Assembly (NCBI GenBank): GCA_038322405.1
Contig: JBBQFV010000001.1
Span: 1 to 39,759 of the forward strand
Length of the DNA stretch: 39,759 bases
Direction: 5' to 3'
DNA from: Patescibacteria group bacterium
GTDB lineage: Bacteria; Patescibacteriota; UBA1384; CAILIB01
Shown: positions 7,762-15,929 of the stretch, in pieces
Layout of the letters: every line of letters begins with the position of its first letter
How positions within the stretch are numbered: the stretch's first letter is position 1
The notes under the pieces: model-generated
The model's database searches: none
What the model saw: only the letters and a program-made list of their open reading frames with translations
Told to the model about the DNA's origin: nothing
Made by a program: the position numbers and the translations under genes

Positions 7762-8481
7762 ATGCCTACCATTCGAAATTGGGAGTACAAACTGGCTGCA
7801 ATCGCCTTTTCAATTGGCCTTGTCATGGTTATAACAACCTATGGGGCGCCTTTTAGTAAAACCGAAGCCGCCGCTACACCATATACCTCTACTTGGGATG
7901 CGAGCGAGTTGATCGGTGCCCAACTTGAGGGACACGGCTTTCCTTACGATATCCCAATTGGGGTTGCCCAATGGCAAGTGAAGGGTGGGTATAGCGGAGC
8001 CTCGTTTAAGGAAACCTGGAACACCCCTGGCGGGCCGGCCATGCAGGTAACTGCATCTACGGGAACCCTCGATAGCGGCGGATCCTACCGGCACGACGGC
8101 ATTCAGTTTCAAAACAAGGTTAGTTTTGACCCAAACCAGTGGCTAGTTGCCATTCCATATGAAGCCCCCATTAACAACAAAGAGCCTACCTATCATTTTT
8201 ACATTGATACACCAGCAAACTTTGCCAAAAAGTATGCCAGCACAAGCCAAAACCACGCCAATGGGGGCAGTGGAGCATCATGTAACTTTTTGACCGGAGG
8301 CATAACCTGCATGCTTGCTACCGGTTCGTATGGTTTTGGCTTCAACGAAAGCGGCCACCAGCAAGCAGGTAGTATAAACTACATCCCAAACACAGAGTTT
8401 TTGCCTAACAGCTTTGCTCCCCTTCACTGGGATATTACCGGCACTTACTGCGACAGCCCGACTGACACAGCGTGCCAATAA
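7762..8481 (+). CDS. secreted or membrane-anchored hypothetical protein
   Basis: 239 aa with an N-terminal hydrophobic anchor (LAAIAFSIGLVMVITTYGA). The body is Gly/Ser/Thr/Asn-rich and the tail is Cys-containing. No recognisable family. Confidence 0.55.
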   Translation: MPTIRNWEYKLAAIAFSIGLVMVITTYGAPFSKTEAAATPYTSTWDASELIGAQLEGHGFPYDIPIGVAQWQVKGGYSGASFKETWNTPGGPAMQVTASTGTLDSGGSYRHDGIQFQNKVSFDPNQWLVAIPYEAPINNKEPTYHFYIDTPANFAKKYASTSQNHANGGSGASCNFLTGGITCMLATGSYGFGFNESGHQQAGSINYIPNTEFLPNSFAPLHWDITGTYCDSPTDTACQ

Positions 8482-8491
8482 AGACGAGAGC

Positions 8492-8743
8492 ATGAAGGCT
8501 TCATTAGCCCCGGGCAAAAAATTAGTTCTCCTCACCAGCCTGGTCTTTATGGCAGGTGCTACTTGGTTGAGCTTTAAGCATATTGCAAAAAGCTTGCCTT
8601 CACCTGCCCCCCTTTCTGGAGACCCTCAAATTGCCCGTCAAGAGGCCGTTGCCGCAGCCAAAGCAAAAGGCAGCAACCATTACGAGTACCAGTCTGCCTT
8701 CATGCCGGGTACTGCCCATGCGCCTAATGGGGCCAGTAAATGA
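8492..8743 (+). CDS. small membrane-anchored hypothetical protein
   Basis: MKASLAPGKKLVLLTSLVFMAGATWLSF... has a single N-terminal TM segment. Its TGA overlaps the next ATG (ATGA at 8740-8743). Confidence 0.45.
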   Translation: MKASLAPGKKLVLLTSLVFMAGATWLSFKHIAKSLPSPAPLSGDPQIARQEAVAAAKAKGSNHYEYQSAFMPGTAHAPNGASK

Positions 8744-9354
8744 ACTCCTCCCGCTTTCACTATCGGGTATTGGCTTGCATAGCGGCCGGAACAGTTGTTT
8801 TTGGTATCGCTTTATTTGTACACATCCGCAATGTAGTGCAAAACCAAACTAGCCCTGAACAGGGTGTGCTACTGCTACCAATTGAAACAGTGGCCGTAAC
8901 GGGCAGTATTAGCCCACAGAGCACCTGCACCGACCCTGTGGTAGTGACCGATGCTTCTTCCCAACTCCAACTAGAGGCTGGCGCCCCGGCGGGTGCTAAA
9001 GTTGCTAACAACAATACCTTCACAACCCCTATTTTTGCTAAAAGTGAAACTGGGTTGACTATCTACTCAGGCGACGGAAAAATATGCTTCGTAGAAGCCG
9101 TAGCCGATAATTCCACCCACACAATTACCCTTTCGCCAGAAGGCGCCGCAGCAACCATTAACCCTGTCGATGGCCGGTTTAATGGTATAACATTTGACCA
9201 AGTCAAAAAGTTTCCTTCTTACCCAGCTTACCTGGCTTACCTGACCGAAAACCTGAAATCGGCGTTACTAAGTGACCTAGTTACTACTCCTGAATACCAG
9301 GCCCTCTATACAAATATCCAGTCAGACGTAAGCGCCCGTGCCGGTTCACAATAG
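8740..9354 (+). CDS. membrane-anchored hypothetical protein
   Basis: 204 aa with an N-terminal TM segment (VLACIAAGTVVFGIALFV). It is translationally coupled to the upstream ORF and ends in TAG. Confidence 0.55.
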   Translation: MNSSRFHYRVLACIAAGTVVFGIALFVHIRNVVQNQTSPEQGVLLLPIETVAVTGSISPQSTCTDPVVVTDASSQLQLEAGAPAGAKVANNNTFTTPIFAKSETGLTIYSGDGKICFVEAVADNSTHTITLSPEGAAATINPVDGRFNGITFDQVKKFPSYPAYLAYLTENLKSALLSDLVTTPEYQALYTNIQSDVSARAGSQ

Positions 9355-9433
9355 GCCAATCGCGGAAGTGGTATGCACTCCCAAAACTCATATTTGCTAT
9401 GATACTGCTATGCAAGCCAATTACTTTTGAACT

Positions 9434-9675
9434 ATGGAAGAAATCATTAAAAAGCTCTTGCGCGAGATTGGCGAAGACCCTGAGCGTGAGGGACCGCTAA
9501 AAACCCCAGCCCAGGTTGCCAAGTCGTCGCCTTTCTAACCGAGGGCTATAAAATGGACATCTGTGACGTTGCAGGAACGGTATTCACTGAAGAATATGAC
9601 GAAATGGTACTGGTGAAAGACATTGAACTGTACAGCTTGTGCGAACACCACATGTTACCCTTCTTTGGCAAAGCG
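9434..9675 (+). pseudogene. folE: GTP cyclohydrolase I (FolE) remnant: frameshifted and 3'-truncated
   Basis: Frame 1 reads [31 protein letters not shown] and then TAA at 9536. A shifted frame continues [47 protein letters not shown], the FolE core motif. Similarity stops near 9675, so roughly the C-terminal half is missing. Confidence 0.8.
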
Positions 9676-9850
9676 GTATCCAAAATAGCCCGCAAAGTGC
9701 GTACGCTCCGACAATGATAACGGTTAGACTCAAGGTTGGCATAATTGCCCACCTTTTTGAAAGGAACTCTCCGATAGCGTAAAAGCTAATAGATACGGTA
9801 AACCATACCCAAAAAGGAAGGCTTGAGGAGATAGTTTGGATATTATTCAC
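9672..9850 (-). pseudogene. N-terminal fragment of a small polytopic membrane protein (EamA/SMR-like), truncated
   Basis: [60 protein letters not shown] gives two clean TM helices. The ORF then runs into the antisense of the folE remnant and becomes non-membrane-like. Confidence 0.45.
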
Positions 9851-9999
9851 TTTCCTATTTTAACAGATGTATTTTGCAGGGCTGTCCGATCCGATGCTCG
9901 CAGGCTCGCTTCGGACGATTCTTGATAATTTTCAACACTGGAAAGCAATTAGACAATATCTGGCATATACTTGAACCATACTTCTTGGTACAAAAAACT

Positions 10000-10353
10000 A
10001 TGCTAAAACATCGGCTCTACGCCACCAGCTTCGCGAGTGTCTATCCCTATTATGTTGCTAAGGCAGAGAAAAAAGGGCGTACCAAAACAGAGCTGGATGA
10101 AATTATTCGTTGGCTCACTGGATATAGCCAGCAGGAGTTAGAAGCACACCTGAAAAAACAGACTGATTTTGAGACCTTCTATACAGAAGCGCGGCTTAAC
10201 CCTTTGCGGTCTTTGATTACCGGTGTCGTTTGCGGGGTTAGAGTAGAAGATATTGAAGACCCGCTCATGCGGGAAATCCGCTATCTGGATAAATTAATTG
10301 ACGAGTTGGCAAAGGGAAAACCGATGGAGAATATTTTACGGAAGGAAACGTAG
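10000..10353 (+). CDS. DUF2200-family protein
   Basis: [51 protein letters not shown]... is the characteristic DUF2200 N-terminus. ATG 10000 is preferred over the longer listed ORF (9874). Confidence 0.7.
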   Translation: MLKHRLYATSFASVYPYYVAKAEKKGRTKTELDEIIRWLTGYSQQELEAHLKKQTDFETFYTEARLNPLRSLITGVVCGVRVEDIEDPLMREIRYLDKLIDELAKGKPMENILRKET

Positions 10354-10366
10354 AACTGCCTTTGAC

Positions 10367-11754
10367 TTAGTGTGCCATACCAGGAGGAGAGGGCTGGACG
10401 CTCCCAGGCGATAAGTTCCTGACCTGTGTCGTACGTGAATATATCACTGGCTTTGTAAAGGAATGGTTCCCTGTGCAGTTCCCTGGTTGATTTTCCACTT
10501 TCATGGTAGTGGCATCTGTTAACTCAACCAGCATTTGACCTTTCAAATTACCCCCGGCCATAGCGCCGCTACTGCTGTAGCAGTACAGCGTATTCAAACT
10601 GGTAGTACTCGGCTCAAGATTGGTGCTGCCACTGGATGTCGGCTGGAAATGAAACAGGCCTGCATTGGTAACGGTGCCCCCTACTGAAAAGATCCCTACG
10701 TTGGGGTCAATAATATCATGGACAATGGCTAGGTTCGAAGTCCAATCGCCATAGTCAGAGCCTTGCACAAACCAGTTACCCTGGATGGTATCCACCTTAT
10801 CTTGCATAACACTGCCACACAGTGGCTCAATAGTTCGCTTCACACCAGAGCGGCCAATTTTAGCGTAGTGACCTGTCTTGATATCCTTAGGAAAGTAGTC
10901 CAGCGTGCAAATAGTGTGAAATATTTGATCAGCCATTTCATTGGTTTTCAGCGCTTGGTCGATATAGGCTAAAGGAGCCGTCCGAGTATCCCAGCCACCA
11001 AAGTCAAAGCCTACCGCCGCTTCTTGCGTACCACCCGCCGTTCCCAGCACCGTACCGGCCTTGGCTTTATAGCTTATGGTGTAATCGCAGAATTTATTGA
11101 CAACCGTGGGAGAGGCATTCTGAGCCTGGCAATGAGCCGTAGCTTGGTTGGCATCCATTAAGGCTACTAAGTCTTTGTTAAGCACCGGGATGTGATTGAA
11201 GTAAAAGGTAGCTTCCTTGCAGGGGTTAAAGACAAGGCTGTAGTCAGAGTTCAGCTTGCCGTTAGTAGTTACCGTTTGGGCATGAATTTTGCTAATAGTA
11301 ATATCGCCCGGAGCTAAGAGATCGGTAGGATCAGCCGAAGCGGTATCAGAAGCTGCCCGTCCTGCCGCATTGGTAAGGCCAATACCGGGGTGATCGGAAG
11401 GGATGACGTGACCATGGGGTTAATATTGCCAAGGGGAGAAATTTCGTAAATGTGACTCGCCGCCACAGGCAATGCACTAAAAAGAGTAGTGCTACTGCAA
11501 CTTGCCAAGCTGACAGTTGAATCAGGTGTGGCATTGGCCCCTGCTTGGCCTGGGACAGAAGACGGGGTTACCGTTTGAGATACTACGGGAGCTAAAGATT
11601 TCGTAGGCTTGTGAAGTACGGCATAGCCAATTCCCGACACAAGAAGCAGCAAGAAAATAAGTGTGCTGATTAATACAGTTGAAACTGGGAAGGGCGTTTT
11701 TATTACTTCAGCTGGTTCCGAGGCAAGTTGAGGAACCTCTTGCTGGTTATCCAT
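10367..11754 (-). pseudogene. membrane-anchored secreted protein (about 460 aa) split by a 1-nt frameshift
   Basis: ORF 11314-11754 (N-terminal TM anchor, Ser/Thr/Pro linker, ...SHIYEISPLGNINP) continues in another frame. That frame is open with no start codon from about 11417 to 11186 and reads HGHVIPSDHPGIGL...LAPGDITISKIHAQTVTTNGKLNSDYSLVFNPCKEATFYFNHIPV before joining ORF 10367-11185. The switch is at the gggg run 11416-11419. Confidence 0.6.
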
Positions 11755-11841
11755 ATACCCCTTCTTTTTAGAAGTTACTCTTATACTACTAAAGAGTTGT
11801 TTTTGTGTGAAGGAAAAGGCGAATAGGTAGTAAGTTACGGA

Positions 11842-13563
11842 TTAACCGAAGGTAAAGGCGAAGGCCTCAGTTCCCGGTTTTTCGAAAACCAGGGTAAGCA
11901 CATGCCAGCCTCCTGCATTTTCCAAATGAACCAGGTGGTATAGCCGGTCTTCAGAAACAAGAACAGTTGAACTTTTTACATCGGCTCCTCCCGAATTCCC
12001 CACATCCTTACCGTCAAGCAGTACATGAATGCTGCCCGAGGCTCCGCTTGGCGGTCTCATTACAAGGTATACTTCCTTTCCGGTAAATTGGAATGAGAGT
12101 GAATCGCGGACTGCGCCCGAAGTAATTGAATCGTTGCCGCTCTGCCAGTTTCCAGAAAGGTTCCACTCGTTATTGCTAAGTTTCAGGGGATCAGAAACGG
12201 TAGAAAAGCGGGCTCGGCGACTCAGTCCTAGGTAGGTTTCCGGCGACTGCTGGTCGGTCGGTGTTGTATCGGCTAGTGCCGGAGCCATTGTGGGAAGGGC
12301 GGCGACTTTGGCCTCTTTGAGTAACGAACGAATGTTGGCCTCGGTCTCGTCATAGTTTCCTTCCCCAAAGTGGGTTTCACGCACCCGCCCCTCTGCGTCA
12401 ATGAGATACTCGGCCGGCCAGTACTGGTTGGCGTAGGCGTTCCAGGTCACAAAGTCGTTGTCCTGGGCCACCGGGTAGTGAATGCTGTGCTCTGTGATTG
12501 CCGCCGCTACGTTCTTGCCGTCTTTCTCAAAAGCGAACTCCGGTGAATGTACACCCACCACCACAAATCCTTGGTCTTTGTAGGTGTCGTACCAGGATGT
12601 CACGTGCGGAAGCGTCCTTATGCAATTGATGCAAGAGTAGGTCCAGAAATCGACCAATACAACCTTGCCTTTTAGACTCTCGAGCGTAAGAGGCTCGCTG
12701 TTTAGCCAACTGGTGATGCCAGAGAAGTTAGGAGCTTTCCCTAGTACCGGCAGGCCCGATGAAGCACCGCCTACGATCTGCGAAGAACTTGGCATAGTGT
12801 TGTCATCATTGCTTTTTAGCTTTTTCAACTGCCCTTTCACCAGGTCACTTTGTTCCAGCTGCTGGGTAAGACCGGAACTGATACTGCTCGGCAGTTTTGC
12901 CAGCAAGCTGGTTTGAAGGGTACGGTCAAGGCCAAAGAGCATTGCTATAGCAGTCAATACCATAACGGCCCCGAATGCCATCTGCACTTTAGGTATGGCT
13001 TTGTTAGCCGATCGTAGGCGGCGTAACATCCCTTGGCCACCATAGATAAGAATCAAAAGTGGAACGCTGGTACCGAGAGCATAGGCCGCGGTAATGAGGA
13101 CCGAAGTGAGCGTTACGGTGCTGGAAGCGGCAAGAGAGATAACCGAGGCGACGATTGGCCCGACGCAGGGCGTCCAAACCAGACCCAGGCTTATGCCGAT
13201 AAGGATACCCCCCAGAAAGTCTCCGCGCTTGGAATTAGTCTTTACCTGTGGAATAACCCGGCTTACCCAGACCTCAAAGGACGTAAGCAGCTTAGGTATG
13301 AGGAGCATAACCCCGAAAACCAGAATCACAACGATAGCGAACAGGCGTAAGGCGTCCGGGCTTATTCCTAAGTGCCGGGTAAGCCAGCTTAAGGAGAGGG
13401 TAAAGAAGGTAAAGCTTACTACCAATCCAGCCATTATCCCCAAAGGACGCTGCTTGCCCCCGCTAATTCCAGCCGAAAGCACTACTGGTAATACCGGCAA
13501 AATACAGGGAGCGAAAATTGTGGCGATTCCAGCCAGAAAGGCGAAAAGAATAAGCAGGGCCAT
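11842..13563 (-). CDS. DipZ-like fusion: CcdA/DsbD transmembrane thiol-disulfide transporter + TlpA-like thioredoxin + C-terminal beta-sandwich domain
   Basis: 573 aa. The N-terminal polytopic CcdA-like region contains FAPCILPVLP and WTPCVGP. A thioredoxin fold follows (VLVDFWTYSCINCIRTLPH), then a C-terminal NHL/CBM-like tail as in mycobacterial DipZ. Confidence 0.85.
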   Translation of the reverse strand: MALLILFAFLAGIATIFAPCILPVLPVVLSAGISGGKQRPLGIMAGLVVSFTFFTLSLSWLTRHLGISPDALRLFAIVVILVFGVMLLIPKLLTSFEVWVSRVIPQVKTNSKRGDFLGGILIGISLGLVWTPCVGPIVASVISLAASSTVTLTSVLITAAYALGTSVPLLILIYGGQGMLRRLRSANKAIPKVQMAFGAVMVLTAIAMLFGLDRTLQTSLLAKLPSSISSGLTQQLEQSDLVKGQLKKLKSNDDNTMPSSSQIVGGASSGLPVLGKAPNFSGITSWLNSEPLTLESLKGKVVLVDFWTYSCINCIRTLPHVTSWYDTYKDQGFVVVGVHSPEFAFEKDGKNVAAAITEHSIHYPVAQDNDFVTWNAYANQYWPAEYLIDAEGRVRETHFGEGNYDETEANIRSLLKEAKVAALPTMAPALADTTPTDQQSPETYLGLSRRARFSTVSDPLKLSNNEWNLSGNWQSGNDSITSGAVRDSLSFQFTGKEVYLVMRPPSGASGSIHVLLDGKDVGNSGGADVKSSTVLVSEDRLYHLVHLENAGGWHVLTLVFEKPGTEAFAFTFG

Positions 13564-13566
13564 AAG

Positions 13567-14103
13567 TTAAAAGGCTAGGACGTCATCATAGTTTGAAAGA
13601 ATCTCTTGTTTTACGGATTTCCCTTGGGCATCAATACGTACGAAAGCGGTTTGGTGGGTGATGACGTACTTGTTCTTCAAATCCTTTTCCTTGTCGTAAT
13701 CCGCCTTGATTATTACCGTGTTAGCACCCAGCTTGGAGAGATCATCGGCATTTTCTAGCTTTTTTTGGATGGCCTGACAGTCAGGGCACCAGGAGGCGTC
13801 AAAGAAATAGACAACGTCCTTACCGTGGTCTTTCACTAAGGCTTGGGCGTCAGCTTCCGAAGTGTAGGAAATGAAGGCGGCGCCTGCATTCTTTTTCATA
13901 GCCATGGCTTCCTGCTCTTTTTCTTTCATCATCATGGCTTCATCGGGGGTAGCGGTCGGTACCGCTTCCTTTTTCATCGCTTCTTCCGACTTCATCATGG
14001 CATCGGTGGAATTTTTCTTGAAAAGGCCGGACTGGCTAGCATACACTGTGCCTCCCGCTACAACTACGAGAGCTACAATCCCTGGAACGAGGTATTTGTT
14101 CAT
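13567..14103 (-). CDS. membrane-anchored thioredoxin-fold protein with a Met-rich linker
   Basis: 178 aa with an N-terminal anchor (VPGIVALVVVAGGTVYA) and a Met-rich stretch (DAMMKSEEAMKKE...DEAMMMKEKEQEAMAMKK). The thioredoxin motif is FFDASWCPDCQ. It lies 3 nt upstream of the DipZ-like gene. Confidence 0.8.
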   Translation of the reverse strand: MNKYLVPGIVALVVVAGGTVYASQSGLFKKNSTDAMMKSEEAMKKEAVPTATPDEAMMMKEKEQEAMAMKKNAGAAFISYTSEADAQALVKDHGKDVVYFFDASWCPDCQAIQKKLENADDLSKLGANTVIIKADYDKEKDLKNKYVITHQTAFVRIDAQGKSVKQEILSNYDDVLAF

Positions 14104-14114
14104 GGTTTCCTTAG

Positions 14115-14471
14115 TTACTTATATCGATGGTAAAGAAAGGCAAACAGCCGACCCGCCACGGCAAGTCCTAGCACCATCCAAAAGGTCATGGCCAGCTCCG
14201 AGTGGGGGTAAAATATGGTAGCTGCCAGAAGTCCAGCTATAACGACGTAGAGAGCTGTACTGTCAGACTCAAGCTGTAGGAAATGCTCGCGCTCATCTTT
14301 CTCTCCGGAACTCACTACCTTAGTAAGAATGACAAGCAGTAAAATAAAGACTGCTGACACCACCGTTGTCGGTCCCATACCGAAATGCGGGGTGAACAGA
14401 CGTTCTAGCGCGTAGATTAAGATACCGAAAACTACGAGACCGGCTAATTTTAGGTAGGTATTTGGTTTCAC
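14115..14471 (-). CDS. small polytopic membrane protein (DUF2178-like partner of the XRE regulator)
   Basis: 118 aa with 4 predicted TM helices. It overlaps the upstream XRE gene by 4 nt. The XRE + small membrane protein pairing is a common two-gene arrangement. Confidence 0.6.
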   Translation of the reverse strand: MKPNTYLKLAGLVVFGILIYALERLFTPHFGMGPTTVVSAVFILLLVILTKVVSSGEKDEREHFLQLESDSTALYVVIAGLLAATIFYPHSELAMTFWMVLGLAVAGRLFAFLYHRYK

Positions 14472-14671
14472 TTTAATTCGGTTAGCTGGAAAATATCCTC
14501 AACACGCACCTTAAAAAAGGTGGCAAGCCGCAAGGCCAGAACCACCGACGGCTGGTACTTGTTCTGCTCAATGGCGATCACCGTCTGACGGATCACACCG
14601 ATTTCCTCAGCCAAAGCCTGTTGGGTGAGGCTGTACTCAGCCCGTAATACTTTGATTCGGTTTGTTAGCAT
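14468..14671 (-). CDS. XRE-family HTH transcriptional regulator (YozG-like, 67 aa)
   Basis: MLTNRIKVLRAEYSLTQQALAEEIGVIRQTVIAIEQNKYQPSVVLALRLATFFKVRVEDIF is the canonical Cro/C1 HTH. ATG 14671 is preferred over the listed 14698. Confidence 0.85.
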   Translation of the reverse strand: MLTNRIKVLRAEYSLTQQALAEEIGVIRQTVIAIEQNKYQPSVVLALRLATFFKVRVEDIFQLTELK

Positions 14672-14676
14672 GACTC

Positions 14677-14706
14677 TAATGTATAGTTTGCTATACATTA
14701 TGTCAA
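14677..14706 (-). promoter_or_regulatory. promoter plus 10-bp perfect inverted repeat (candidate XRE operator); probably a leaderless or near-leaderless mRNA
   Basis: On the minus strand: TTGACA (complement of 14701-14706), 17-nt spacer, TACATT, then 6 nt to the ATG. The inverted repeat taatgtatag (14677-14686) / ctatacatta (14691-14700) fills the spacer and -10 region. Confidence 0.45.
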
Positions 14707-14811
14707 ATGTAACATACCTATATCCTACCGTACTTACCCCTTATCTACTAAGCACGATATCTTGGCATTTAGTGTTTTTGTGAGTTCCTGTATGGAAGAC
14801 TGTCTATTTAA

Positions 14812-15030
14812 TTATTCGGCTAATTTTTCACCGAAAGCTTCAACTTCAGGATCCTGGTTCAGAAAACGAAGAAGTAAATCAGCTTGATCCTCACGATTAA
14901 CCACAGCCTCAACAGCGGGCTCTGGTTCTGCACTAAATATTGTCTCAGCTTCGAAACTCATAGCCAAAGTATACCCTTTAGGTAATAAGGCATCTAAACG
15001 TAATGCATGAGGCATCAAAGAAAAAGACAA
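14812..15030 (-). CDS. hypothetical acidic 72-aa ORF (weak)
   Basis: ORF only; TTG start (or ATG 15015) and no recognisable motif. It may be a remnant. Confidence 0.2.
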   Translation of the reverse strand: MSFSLMPHALRLDALLPKGYTLAMSFEAETIFSAEPEPAVEAVVNREDQADLLLRFLNQDPEVEAFGEKLAE

Positions 15031-15077
15031 CTCTGAGAGCTTTTTTTACTTTGGCTGGCTGGGTTGGATGAGTTCGA

Positions 15078-15335
15078 CTAACAGTACAACTGACTATGAG
15101 TACCGACCATATCAAAAATTATAGCCTCATCCTTTTGGAGATATAAAATTCGTACATCTCCACTCACATTAATACTTCGATACTCTTTATACTTCCCTTT
15201 TAAAGCATGGTTACGCAATGCTGGATCAAGCGGATTTTTACCAAAGACCTGGAGGCTTTTGTAGAGTTTTTCCTGAAGATCAGGTGATAGTTTTTTGGCC
15301 TGTTTAATAAAATTTTTAGAGTAGGCAATACTCAT
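15078..15335 (-). CDS. type II toxin, RelE/YafQ family mRNA interferase
   Basis: 85 aa. ...LRNHALKGKYKEYRSINVSGDVRILYLQKDEAIIFDMVGTHSQLY matches the YafQ/RelE pattern (KG.w.g.R..hi..D.rliY......i.l...GsHs.L). It overlaps the antitoxin gene by 4 nt. Confidence 0.85.
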   Translation of the reverse strand: MSIAYSKNFIKQAKKLSPDLQEKLYKSLQVFGKNPLDPALRNHALKGKYKEYRSINVSGDVRILYLQKDEAIIFDMVGTHSQLYC

Positions 15336-15613
15336 TCCAGTTCAGATGCCAAAAATTCGAGCGCTTCTTTATCAGAGGAAAACGTATAGAAATCGCTCTT
15401 ATCAATAGATTTTCGAGAATCCGCCAAGAGCTTGGCAGTTTTGGCATTGGGCACTTCCAGAAGCTCAAAGGTTACACTCTGTTCGGCAGCAAAACGCCTG
15501 AGCTCATTATTGAGTAGCATGCTAATACTAATACCCAGCTTATCGGCAGCTTCTACGGCACGCCTTTTAAGCTCTGGGTCTGTTTTCAGATTGATAACAG
15601 AGTACTTATTCAT
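15332..15613 (-). CDS. type II antitoxin, RelB/DinJ (ribbon-helix-helix) family
   Basis: MNKYSVINLKTDPELKRRAVEAADKLGISISMLLNNELRRFA... is the DinJ-type N-terminal RHH. It lies upstream of and overlaps the toxin. ATG 15613 is preferred. Confidence 0.8.
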   Translation of the reverse strand: MNKYSVINLKTDPELKRRAVEAADKLGISISMLLNNELRRFAAEQSVTFELLEVPNAKTAKLLADSRKSIDKSDFYTFSSDKEALEFLASELE

Positions 15614-15650
15614 ACCGATAGTATATACTTTTGGTATGATTTTTGTCAAC

Positions 15651-15668
15651 TGGCTGCCTGGGTAGGAT
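15651..15668. repeat. distal att-like direct repeat (copy of the last 18 nt of tRNA-Gln)
   Basis: Exact 18/18 match to 20135-20152 in the same orientation. The match breaks immediately on both sides. Confidence 0.8.
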
Positions 15669-15676
15669 AATCCACT

Positions 15677-15708
15677 TTCTCGTCGGAACCGGTTCTCGTC
15701 GGAACCGG
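15677..15708. repeat. perfect 16-bp tandem duplication (ttctcgtcggaaccgg x2) with an internal 7-bp inverted repeat
   Basis: Units at 15677-15692 and 15693-15708. The inverted repeat is ccggttc (15689-15695) / gaaccgg (15702-15708). It begins 8 bp inside the distal att-like repeat. Confidence 0.8.
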
Positions 15709-15772
15709 CCTACGGCCTTTCTGCGCGAGAAGCGTGAACGAACCTGGTTTCGAATCCGCTATCGCAGATAGC

Positions 15773-15811
15773 AAAGAAGAAAGACAGTACAAAGTACTGT
15801 CTTTCTTCTTT
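15773..15811. terminator. perfect 18-bp stem hairpin, bidirectional terminator-like
   Basis: aaagaagaaagacagtac (15773-15790), loop aaa, gtactgtctttcttcttt (15794-15811). The stem arms themselves supply the A and T runs. Confidence 0.55.
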
Positions 15812-15875
15812 GGCTGATTTTAGCCGGAAGCAGTTTATGAAGATTTGGGAGCTCGCGACATAACGTTGCTTGCAG

Positions 15876-15910
15876 ATAAAAGGAGGACTCCCGCAAATGA
15901 GCGAGAGTCC
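15876..15910 (-). terminator. rho-independent terminator of the 15930-16475 gene
   Basis: Imperfect 10-bp hairpin ggactcccgc / gcgagagtcc (15885-15910, 9 of 10 paired), followed on the minus strand by UCCUUUUAUCU. Confidence 0.45.
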
Positions 15911-15929
15911 TAAACGTTGAGAGATTCAC

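Noticed and set aside
15746-15757. ggtttcgaatcc, a T-loop-like motif that could mark a tRNA or tmRNA remnant near the island end
   Set aside because: The flanking bases do not form a T stem or acceptor stem. The orientation is also opposite to tRNA-Gln. The real att-like repeat is the exact 18-mer at 15651-15668.
15876-15924. Seven-codon micro-ORF (MSESPKR) preceded by a perfect AAGGAGG
   Set aside because: The apparent SD and ORF fall within the hairpin and U tract that serve as the minus-strand terminator of the 15930-16475 gene. The SD-like string is the complement of the U-rich tail.
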